From Lytechinus pictus (lineage: Eukaryota): a stretch of 64,000 nt of DNA. Location: contig NC_087245.1 in the NCBI RefSeq assembly GCF_037042905.1, forward strand, positions 43,774,001-43,838,000, given 5' to 3'. The translations under genes and the position numbers were made by a program. Below are positions 41,046-52,650 of the stretch, piece after piece; position 1 is the first letter of the stretch; every line of letters begins with the position of its first letter. Below the pieces are notes generated by a model. It had not been told where the DNA came from. It did not search any database and saw nothing but the letters and a program-made list of their open reading frames with translations.

Positions 41046-41626
41046 AGGTCAAATCCACCCCAGGAAAATACTTATTTGAATAAATAGAGAAAAATAAACA
41101 TAGTATAACACTGAAAATTTGATCAAAATCGGATGTAAAATAAGAAAGTTATGACACTTTTAAGTTTCGCTTATTTTGCACAAAACGGTGATACGCACAA
41201 CTAGGAGAGTCAGTCGATGATGTCTATCACTCACAATTTTTTTTGTTTTTTTTTGTTTGAATTATACAATATTTCATTTTTTTCAGATTTGACAATAAGT
41301 ATCAACTTGACTGAACCATATATTATTAAACAATGCTAATTCCACATGTTCAGGGAGGAATTAATCGTTGTATCACTTGACAATGAGAAAATTTGAATAT
41401 TTCATATGATAAAATACAAAAGAAACAGCGAGTGGATGACGTCATAGTCTCCTCATTTGCATACCAGCCAGGATGTGCATATAACTGTTTTGTGAAATTA
41501 AGCGACATTTTGAAAATTCATAACTTTCTTATTTTACATCCGATTTTGATGAAGTTTTCAGTGTTATGCTTGTTGGATTTTTCTCTTTTTATTCAAATCA
41601 ACTTTTTGTAGGGGTGTACTTGTCCT
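41046..41626. mobile_element. Kolobok-like MITE (TTAA TSD); relatives at about 32590-33205 and 48795-49305
   Basis: ttaa|aggtcaaatccacccc...ggggtgtacttgtcct|ttaa. Confidence 0.8.
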
Positions 41627-41814
41627 TTAATGAAATAATTATACTAATTTATTCATGAAAAAAACAAAAAACATTTGCTCTAATCAATTATTATACTGCC
41701 TCAAAACTGCAATTTTTTTTTCACAGACTCTTTGTAGAATCCTGATCAAATGTACTTAAAAAAAATTGGTAGCGCAATTTTTTCTTATGTATTTTATTTT
41801 ATTTTTTTTTCTTA

Positions 41815-42229
41815 TGGCCACCGCACACCTTACGACTGTTCGCGATCAGATTTTGGAACAAATCGCATTTTGCTCATTTTCTGAAAATGTGAATGGAACA
41901 TATCATTTTATTTGAGGTTAAAATTAATTGAAAGAATCCTAATATAACCATTTAGAAAGATTGCAAGCCTCTTTTTTGGAGTAAAGGCCAAATTAGTTTC
42001 AAATCGTAGCCAATCGTACGACTGCTATGACGTCATTACGACTAGATATTAAATTTGCTATTATTCTAAGAAGGATGAGAGCATAGTCACAGATTTGAAC
42101 ATAAGTATTCGTAAGATGATTTTGAACACTAGACAGTAAGATATTCCAAGTCTCAATATTAGCATCAAATCATAATACGTTTTATTCTGAAATCGGGTCG
42201 CAGACCAATCGTAAGGTGTGCGGTCGCCT
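41815..42229. mobile_element. Harbinger-type MITE with TTA TSD
   Basis: tta|tggccaccgcacaccttacga...tcgtaaggtgtgcggtcgcct|tta. Removing it restores ttcttatgtattt, as seen in the copy near 63165. Confidence 0.82.
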
Positions 42230-43258
42230 TTATGTATTTCCTTGTTTTTCGACATGTTTTTTATTGTTTTTTCGATGGAAATTGTTCCAGACTTAATTTT
42301 GATCATAAACAAGATAAAATTAATTAAATCTAATCAGTAAAAGTAGAAATAATGAAACATTTGGCTAAATACACAATTTGCATTGGATTTGTACATGAAT
42401 TCACGTTTTTGAGCAGTTTTTGGTCTGACATGCACTTACATAATATAGCGTAATTTTGTAATCCCGTACGGGCATGGCAAATTTGGTCTCAAAAGTTGCA
42501 CGAGATTTCAAAGTCAAAAGTCAGCGAGCGGCGCGGTTGAAAACATTCGCGTGGCGGATTAATCGTGAAAAATGTAGAGGGGCGGGGGGGCGGAATCTGC
42601 CCCCCAGGCTAGTCTACAAATGTAGACCCACATCTGCAGTGTGTACACAGCTACTATGGCTGCAGATGTCGCTTCGCACCATGCGAGCCACTCAGAGTCT
42701 GCATAGCAGACTATCCCAGGCCTTTTAGGGGTAAAACCACTTTGAGACAAAAGTATAGTCCCGGGGTATAGTCTTTCCTCTAACTGCTTCATATAAAGGA
42801 GTGCTGGCAAATTGAATCCTACCCCTTCAGGGGGCTGCTGAATTCACCCACCCCTTTTCCGTATTTTGCCAAGTTATAGGGAAATCTGCCAATTTGGAGC
42901 CCACATTGAGGCAAACAGTGTTTCTGCTTCACAACACACCACTTTGACTGTTTTGTAACCACATGGCGATAAAAAAGTAGATTTTCCTCTATCACTATTA
43001 TAAAGAAGTGCTGGCACAGCAAAGACTACCCCTCAGGGGTTACCGAAGTCTCCCCACCCGTTTGCCTATTCTCCTTCTTATTTAAAAAAAAAATCAGTTT
43101 TTGACCCCCCATTCAGGCAAAAAGGCATTTCTGCTATATGGTAAAGTCACTCATTTTTGTAAACCACTTAAAGATGAAATAGTAGGTTTCGTCTATCAGC
43201 TACATGTAAAAAGCTGCTGGCACATCAACGCTACTAATTCAGGGGCTGCTGAGTAGCC

Positions 43259-45556
43259 GGGGTAAGCCCGTCAGTCATCAGGACCATAAGTCATAATACT
43301 AACTGGTCATAAGGACCGCTAGTCATAACGTGTAAAATCCTATACCCAAAAGCTCGCTAGTCATAATAGGCAAAAGGGGTAACTAGTCATAAGGTCATAA
43401 GGACCATGAGTCATAAGGTCCGATTTTCATAATGCAAGATAAGGGTCGCTAGTCATAATCAACAATGAGGGTCGGTATTCATAATACTAGATAAGGGTCG
43501 CTAGTCATTAAAAAGGAAGAGGCTACATTAATCATAAGGGTCGCCAGTCATAATAGTAGAAGGGGTTCGCCAGTCATAATAATACATAAGGGTCGCCAGT
43601 CATAATAGAAGAAGGGGTTCGCCAGTCATAATGGTAGATGAGGGTCGCTAGTCATAATAGTAGATGGGGTTCGCCAGTCATAATAGTGGATGAGGGTCGC
43701 CAGTCATAATAGTGGATGAGGGTCGCCAGTCATAACAGTGGATGAGGGTCGCCAGTCATAATACTAAAAGGGGTTCGCCAGTCATAATAGTAGAAGGGGT
43801 TCGCCAGTCATAATGGTAGAAGAGGGTCGCTAGTCATAATAGTAGATGGGGTTCGCCAGTCATAATAGTGGATGAGGGTCGCCAGTCATAATAGTAGAAA
43901 GGGTTCGTCAGTCATAATAATGGATGAGGGTCGCCAGTCATAATAGTAGAAGGGGTTCGCCAGTCATAATAGTGGATGAGGGTCGCCATTCATAACAGTG
44001 GATGAGGGTCGCCAGTCATAATACTAAAAGGGGTTCGCCAGTCATAATAGTAGAAGGGGTTCGCCAGTCATAATAATGGATGAGGGTCGCCAGTCATAAT
44101 AGGAGAAAGGGTTCGCCAGTCACAATAATGGATGAGGGTCTCGAGTCATAATAGGAGAAAGGGTTCGGCAGTCATAATAATTGATGAGGGTCGCCAGTCA
44201 TAATAATAGATGAGGGTCGCCAGTCATAATAATGGATAAGGGTCGCCAGTCATAATAGTAGAAGGGGTTCGCCAGTCATAATAATGGATGAGGGTCGCCA
44301 GTCATAATAGTAGAAAGGGTTCGCCAGTCATAATAATGGATAAGGGTCGCCAGTCATAATAGTAGAAGGGGTTCGCCAGTCATAATGGTAGATGAGGGTC
44401 GCTATTCATAATAGTAGATTGGGTTCGCCAGTCATAAAAGTGGATGAGAGTCGCTATTCATAATAGTAGAAAGGGTTCGCCAGTCATAATGGTAGATGAG
44501 GGTCGCCAGTCATAATAGTAGAAAGGGTTCGCCAGTCATATTAATGGATAAGGGTCGTTAGTCATAATAGTAGATTGGGTTCGCCAGTCATAATAGTGGA
44601 TGAGGGTCGCCAGTTATAATGGTAGATGAGAGTCACTATTCATAATAGTAGAAAGGGTTCGCCAGTCATAATAGTAGAAGGGGTTCGCCAGTCATAATGG
44701 TAGATGAGGGTTGCTATTCATAATAGTAGAAAGGGTTCGCCAGTCATAATATTGGATGAGGGTCGCCAGTCATAATACTAAAAGACGTTCGCCAGTCATA
44801 ATAGTGGATGAGGGCCGCTTTTCATAAAAAGTACAAAGGGTTCGCAAGTCATTAAAGTAGAAAGGATTCGCCAGTCATAACAGTAGAAGGGGTTCGCCAG
44901 TCATAATGGTAGATGAGGGTTGCTATTGATAATAGTAGAAAGGGTTCGCCAGTCATGTAGTAGAAGGGATTCGCCAGTCAGAATAATGGATGAGGGTCGC
45001 CAGTCATAATAGTGAATGAGGGTCGCCAGTCATAATGGTAGATGAGGGTTGCTATTGATAAAAGTAGAAAGGGTTCGCCAGTCATAATAGTAGAAGAGAT
45101 TCGCCAGTCATAATAATGGATGAGGGTCGCCAGTCATAATAGTGAATGAGGGTCGCCGGTCATAATGGTAGATGAGGGTTGATATTGATAAAAGTAGAAA
45201 GGGTTAGCCAGTCATAATAGTAGAAAGGGCTCGCCAGTCATAATAATGGATGAAGGTCGCCAGTCATGATAGTAGAAGGGGTTCGCCAGTCATAATAGTG
45301 GATGAGGGCCGCTATTCATAAAAGTACAAAGGGTTCGCCAGTCAAAATAGTAGAAAGGATTCGCCAGTCATAACAGTAGAAGGGGTTCGCCAGTCATAAT
45401 GGTAGATGAGGGTTGCTATTGATAATAGTAGAAAGGGTTCGCCAGTCATAATAGTAGAAGGGATTCGCCAGTCATAATAATGGATGAGGGTCGCCAGTCA
45501 TAATAATAGAAATGGTTCGCCAGTCATAATAATGGATGAGGGTTGCCAGTCATAAC
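43259..45556 (+). repeat. Left arm: 26-bp tandem array (about 80 units)
   Basis: Units cagtcataatagtagaaggggttcgc and cagtcataatagtggatgagggtcgc. Confidence 0.95.
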
Positions 45557-47994
45557 TGACGGAATGAATTACATAAGGTTGATTGTTATGATCCAGCGCA
45601 CATTTTGAAAATAAATATGGATTTCTAAAGACATCCAATCGTACCTCTGATCAGTATTTGTAGCATATTTCGGACAAAAAGGTCATGAAAATGTTCATTT
45701 TAGGCCAAAATAAGGACCGAATGACCACTGCTATTGTGATTTGGCAAATGAAACCACTTTATTTTGAATCTGGGTGCATTTTTACTTAAGATAGACCCTT
45801 TTAATTGCATGTAGCTACAAATCATTCTGTTAAGGGATCATTTTTCAAAGAGTGGTTGAAATGGTAATTTTTGGTCAAAATTTGGCCAAAATGGCGTGAG
45901 TACGGTCAATAGGAGTGACATTTTTGGAATCAGCGCACAATTTTACCCCGGATAAGCTTGTCAAACCTTCCCCACCAAAAATTCTGAATAAAGCCCCCTA
46001 TCTCCTACACAAATATCCTCTCCCTCGATCACATACACACACCCCACCCTCAATCACAGCTCTCATGCTGATAATTTCTGCTCATATCATATTCAAGATC
46101 AACTTAAGAAAAGGTACATACATAGTAAAGACGTTTTTCTCTTTAAAAAATCTTTATTGAAAAAGAAGGCTTTTAGAAAATACTGTGGTACAGGTTTAGG
46201 TCCACACTATCCTAAATGCATATATTCAAAGTAGATTTTCCTTGATATTGGAATTATGCACAATCTACACCTTTTCGCCAAGACAAAACCAATTGCATTT
46301 TCTAATATATACATTACACCCCCTGCATATGCTGTAGAATTAATCACATGGACATGTCAAACAAAATGTTGTAAGTAACAAGTGATTTTATATGATAAAT
46401 TAAAACATAATTATTTCAATATTGGGTGTCATGAACATCCCATATGTTAAGGTTTTTAATGTCTAAAATTTCCATGATTATCAATGTTAATCTAAAGGAG
46501 GATAATTTAATAAATTAATATTGCACACATTCTTAAAAAATGTGTTCACTTGGTTAATTGCACTGTGATGAATTAAGACTATCATGATTATTAAAACACT
46601 TTAAACTAGTGTCTAAAATCAAGGCTTTGTTGTGGGAAATATTTACAAATAATTCATGCCTTATTGTTAGGTTTAAGAATATAAAATGGTTAAAACCATG
46701 AATCAACATATTAAACAAATGCTTATTAAAAGCTTATGCTAAACCATGTAAAAGCTTATTTAACAAAATAAAAGGACAATATCTGTCATCCTGATTTTGT
46801 CTTGTATACCAAATTTATGGTAGCCATTTATACGAAATGAAAGCCATGTTGGAAACAAATGGTACTAAGTTTGCTATGCTTTTCATCTTATTTAAAACTC
46901 TGGACTAGAAAACCTCACAGATCTCACATGGGAAATATGACAGATCCACCACAACATCCTTTAAAACTTTGCATTTTCTTGTGTTTTCTGGGTATTTAGA
47001 ATAAACAGTGCTAATGTAATAAAAAGCTGATTAGCTTATTAGGGCCAATACTACTATGGTATGTTATTTAAAATCTTGACACTCCTATGAAGGCATTTCT
47101 AGATCTTTTGAATGGTTAAGAGAGGACAAAGATACTGAAAACTTGCCCCTCCCCCCCCTTGAAAGTGGGGAACTTTTTTTGCTTGTCCATTTGTTGTGGT
47201 TGAAAACCTTTTATTTCGCTTTTTAAATATTTCCTGTGAAAATTTGCCCCCCCCTGGAATACTAGATCTGTCCGTGAAGTTGATTCAGAATCCATAAAAT
47301 ATGAATTGGGATTAAACAAACTTCCCACTTCATCACATACTTCCTTCACAGACAATTAACTCTAAGTAAATGGCTTGATCATAAAGAAGCACCGGAAGTT
47401 AATTAAAATAAAAATCACACAGCAACATATAGATCCTCCAGGGATACCCTGGGACCTGTTGCATAAAAATTTTGCCGTAAAAAGACTCTGGTAAACAAAC
47501 AAAATCTCTGGCATCCAAAATTATACCATTGGAAATTACACATTAAAAAACTCTGGCCAAAATTTTTCCAATTTTCTTTAGGTAAAAGCTAGTTTTATGC
47601 AACAGGCCCCTGGTAATTAAGCAGGGAATAAACTGCCTGAGTTAGATGTACACAGACACACACTGTGTCCAGATTATCACACGCTCACCAGGTCATAGTT
47701 GAGGAATTGAGATGGTGTTACACAGGGCTGCTATAGTTCGCATTTGTGCATTGAAGGGGAAGTTCATCACCCTGATAATAAGACAGTTTTTATAAAGGCA
47801 GAAATATAAAGAAATGTATGTATTTCAATTTTTTGTGACGTCAGACAAGCAGCACATACATTATGCTGTGTCATTGCACTTTTTCCGCAAAAAATGAGTG
47901 TTTAAAGTGAGCAGGAATAGATCATCAGACACCTCATGTCACATCTCTTTTTATAGGAAAATTATTTTATTCATCATGTTTCATTTAACACAAA

Positions 47995-48722
47995 ACAAAA
48001 GCAATTTTGTGTCTCGCCCACTTATGAAAATAACCAGAAATATTTTGATTTGCGAGGGCACGCAACAGATGTATCGAAACTTCATTGTGAAATGACTGGG
48101 ATGGAATAACACTTGTCATAGGAGCCTTGCACGTAAACTTTAATGCTGACCTGAAAATAACCCTTGACCTTACCATGTGACCTCCGACTGCAGCATAACA
48201 TGCGGGTCGCCTAATCTACTATCCAAGTTTTGTTGAAAAGTGACTTACGGTTGCAGAGTTAGGTGTCATAAGAGTCTTGCATGTAAACTTTAACATTGAC
48301 CTGAAAATGACCTTTGACCTTACCATGTGACCTCCAACTACAGCATAACATGCAGGTCCCCCAAGTCCATCTACCATACACTTACAGAGATATGATGGTA
48401 ATTCAACAAATACCTCCAACATGGTCAAAGTTCATTGACCTTACATGACCTTTGACCTTGATCATATGACCTGAAACTTGCACAGGATGTTCAGTGATAC
48501 TTGATTACTCTTATGTCCCAGTTTCATGAGTCAGATCCATAAACTTAGTTATGATGGAAATACAACAGATACGCCCCATTATGGCCAAAGTTCATTGACC
48601 TTTGATTTTGGTCATGTGATCTAAAATGCAAACAGGATGTTCAGTGATACTTGAGTACTATTATGTCCAAGTTTCATGAATCAGATCCATAAATTATTAA
48701 AGTTATGATGGTAATTCAACAG
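47995..48722. repeat. Interspersed repeat with internal duplications rich in tgacct motifs
   Basis: Two duplicated blocks (about 48110-48365 and 48390-48720) containing gacctttgacct. Confidence 0.65.
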
Positions 48723-50349
48723 CGTTTTGCCGTTCATGGGCCTATAATGTTGTGAAACTGTGTTTCAATGATTGTTATGTTTTTTATATCCACATTAAAG
48801 GACAATTTCACCTCAACAAAAAGTTGTTTTGAATAAAAAGAGAAAAATCCCACAAGAATAACAGTGAAGATTTTACCAAAATAGGATGTAAAATAAGAAA
48901 GTTAGGCCTATGGCATTTTAAAATTTCGCCTAATTTCACAAAACAGTGCACATGCAAATGAGTATGCAAGTCAGGCAACTCATGACATCATCCACCCACT
49001 ATTTCTTTTGTATTTTATTTAATGAATATAATTTTTTTTTCTTATTTTCCCCTAGCTGTCAAGAAAACAAGGTGTTATTCCTCCCTGAATATGTGGAAAA
49101 AACCATTGTTATATAACCAATGGTGGTTCAGTCAAATTGGTGAAAAAATGATATAGGCCTATTATATAATAAAAGAAATAGTGTTTGAGGGACATCATCA
49201 ACTGTCTCATTTGCATGCCACTGAGTAGTGCTTGGAACAATTTTTTTTTAATAAGCGAAACATTAAAATTGTATAACATTTTTTAATTTTACATCCGATT
49301 TTTGACTAAGTGATATTCTCGAACTTATATATCAACGTGACAAGTCTGATGATAATGATGAATTTAAAGATGAATATCGTAAAGTCAGAAATAAAGTTCT
49401 CTCGTCTATTCGTGAAGTAAAAAAGAAATACCGTATTGAAATTTCACCTAAGTTTAAAAATGACTCTAAAAAGCTTTGGAAAGAACTTAATATGGCTACT
49501 GGTAATTTGAAATATTCAAACTCTGTTCATAATGACCTAAGTCCTGAAAACATAAACGAACACTTTGCTAATGTTGGACGAAATATTACTAATTCTTTTA
49601 ATCAATGCAAACTACCGAATTGGAAGAACCAAAGATGTATTCATACTTTTGATATGAAAATTATATCCCAGAGTGAGGGTTTCAAGCTTTTATCTAATCT
49701 TAGTTGCAATAGAAAAGCAACTTAGACATTTTGATAGTAAACTAATATATCATCATCTCTCATACTTTCGTCGTTGACTTGTATTTTTTTAATTTCTCTT
49801 TAAAAAATGGAATCGTATTTGATGACTGGAATTATTCAAGTCTAACACCTATTTATAATGGAAAGGGGTCAAAGGATTCATGTTCAAATAATAGACCGAT
49901 TTCAGTTGTATGCCATCTTGCCAAAATTATGGAGAAATTGGTTCAGAAATGTCGTCATTCTTATTTAATTGACAATGATTTGATAACTTGTGATCAGTCT
50001 GCTTTTTTAAAACATCACTCTACAGTAACTTGTCTCCATCGTGTTTTAGATGACTAGTATATTAAAGCACTTAATAATCACGAAATGGTAGGCGCTGTTT
50101 TTTTTTTTATAGATATAACTTAATACACTTAATTATGAAATGTTGTTATTGAAATTAGAAAAGTATGGGGTACCTGGAACAGAACTTTTGTGGCTCAAAA
50201 GTTACAAACCGCAAGCAATCAGTAAGATGTCATGGTAAACAGTCAAACCCAATTGATTTACCAGTTGGAATTCCACAGGGGGACTATTAGGCCCGGGTTT
50301 ATTTTTAATATTTATAAATGATATTGTACAATGCATTTCGACTGCTGCA

Positions 50350-52139
50350 CACTGGCGTTAATCCGTGTTGATGGGTGGGGGGATAACTGAAATATTTTGG
50401 CATTTTTTTGCAATCATGTTTTTAGATATTCAAGGAATTGTCACTGATATTTCCACAGTGGCGTACCGTGGGTCACGGCATGGGGGGGGGGGGGGGCACC
50501 AGCAAAATATTTGAATCACTGACCTTATAACGGACAGGAAATGTTTCATATATACGAAGACCTTAACATGGGAGACATTTCAAGGTCAATGTCATTAAAC
50601 GGATATGTATCTCGCTGATCAAATAATGCGAGCGCGAGCTGAAATTTGTTTATATTCACACCTAAAAAGGGACATTGGGCCGTATGCATAAAAACAAGCA
50701 ATTGCTTGTGCTAGCCTTTTGCTTGAATCGGTGTGCACACAAACAAGCAATTGCTTATAAGCAAAAGCTTTTGCTTACAAGCACAAACAATTGCTTACTA
50801 CTCGTAAGCAAATGCTTACCAAACAAGCAATTGCTTAAAACCGTATGCATAAAACAAACCTTTTACTTGTCTTGATAAGCAATTGCTTGCAGTTTTTCAA
50901 GCACCTCCGGACCAGCTTGAGCTCTTGCTTACTCAGGGCATTCTCGTTTAAGGATTAAATTTTCATTCCGTTTCAAGCTCCATATTCCAGAGGTTATGTT
51001 GTGATTTCATATCTAATCAAATTCCTGTTATTTTAGACTTTTTACGGCAATTTTTGTCCATCGATCTACACAGAAACCCCCCTGATGCTCTGCGCTGTTT
51101 CCCCCCTATTTGCGTAATAAAAAAATACTGCTGCCAGGTCGGGCACGAAGCGTCGTTGTCCTACTGTGCGATGTTCGCACAACAGTAACGATCCTTTGTC
51201 CAACACATAAGCAATTGCCAAGGCAGTGCAAACAAAAGGTTTCAGCACAAGCAAAAGCTTGTGCATACGAATTTAAGCAATTGCTTGAACTTGCCCTTTT
51301 GCTTGACCAGCTCTTGCTTTTGCTTAAAGCATTTGCTTATAAGCAATTGCTTGTCTTTATGCATACGGCCCATTATAATCATGATAGGTACTTGTCTCGC
51401 TAAGCAATGCGAGCGCGAAGCGCGAGCTGAAATTTTCGTATATTTAGACCACAAACAGTGAGATTTTAAGGAATATATTTTAGGAATCCATTAAGAGTAT
51501 GCATATCTCACCATAGTCATCTAATGGAGTGCCAAGCGCTTGCTGATTTTATTAGAATTACATCTGAACACATGAAACAATTTTTGTAGTCATTGTAATC
51601 ATGATTATCATACGCATCTGACAAATATTGCGAGCGCGAAGCGCGAGCTGAAAATTTAGATAATATAGACCTGAAGTTGGAAATCCAAATGGTTTCAATT
51701 GGATTTTGGTCCTGGGCTGTGTGTCCATACGGCAACCCCCTCCAATATTATTTTGTTACCCCATGATGGTTTAATGGATTTATTAGAGGTTACATTCAAT
51801 TTTTTTTTGACATTCCATCTTAATCCCTTCCCGAAGACCCCAACATTGATGAATTGGAAGAAACGGGGGTTTCTCTTCAATGTTATAATAAGGACATAAG
51901 TATTTCGTTTGGAAATGGCGAACTGGCTCTTTATTTGCATTGTATGATTCAAAAATATTTTTTCATTTGTTTAGCGGTATTTTAGGAAGAATTTTCACCA
52001 ATAGAACATTTATCTCTTGTGATTCTTTTTTTCATTTCTTTCGTAAAAAGTGGGGGGATGTTTGTACATGCCATCTCCCCCTCCTTGAAAAGTGTGGGGG
52101 GGGGGGGTATATCCCCCATCCCCGGGATTTACGCCCGTG
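50350..52139. mobile_element. hAT-like non-autonomous element with 8-bp TSD
   Basis: cactggcgttaatcc / ggatttacgcccgtg; TSD ctgctgca at 50342-50349 and 52140-52147. Confidence 0.85.
50677..51371. mobile_element. Harbinger-type MITE with 3-bp TSD and many aagcaattgctt palindromes
   Basis: att|gggccgtatgcataaa...tttatgcatacggccc|att. Confidence 0.85.
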
Positions 52140-52650
52140 CTGCTGCATGTTTGTAATATTTTAGCTGATTATGTAATTGTGTACATTTCCGATTCTCTAT
52201 CTGGATGAGCGTGGGTCTAGTATTCTTCTGTATTCTATTCTCTAATAATCAAACAGTCTTATTTATATCATTATTTTTGGGGGGTGTAACGAATTAAGGT
52301 GGGGGGTGTAAACTTGTTCTGATTGGTCTATAGGTAACTGTCTATCAAACTTTCTCTGGTATAAGGGGTGTGGTGATGCTCTGTGCAAGTGACTCGGGCT
52401 GGAAGTGTGAGTCATACTTCTTCCTTGAAGTTAGCTGACGTCACTGGGGGTTGGTCATTAATGGTCAAGGTTTAGGATTTAAATGGTATTGGGGGTTTGG
52501 GGATTTTAAGATGACATTGGGAGAGTTTGTAAACAAGTGAAGGTGAATGACTGAAAGGATAACAGGAAGTTAAATACATACTACATAAAATACCACATAA
52601 CAATTCAACGCGATTTACAGGTATGTTTACATAAAATTGATAAGTGGTAT

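Larger units (their letters stand above)
40864..42730. mobile_element. piggyBac-like non-autonomous element with nested MITEs
   Basis: ccctaaaag...cttttaggg ends with decayed TTAA flanks; body homologous to 62811-63557; interrupts one ~200-bp repeat unit. Confidence 0.7.
49310..52195 (+). pseudogene. Decayed CR1/L2-group LINE reverse transcriptase, split by an insertion at 50350-52139
   Basis: NDSKKLWKELN, INEHFANVG, LTPIYNGKG...NNRPISVV, QSAFLKHHST, LLLKLEKYGV, GIPQG..LGP.LFLIFINDI. A degenerate ADD-like segment resumes after 52147. Confidence 0.85.

Noticed and set aside
43259..45556. 26-bp array as a CRISPR-like repeat-spacer array
   Set aside because: The variable part is only about 8-10 nt and is drawn from a few recurring variants. 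There are no unique spacers or cas genes, and the context is eukaryotic.
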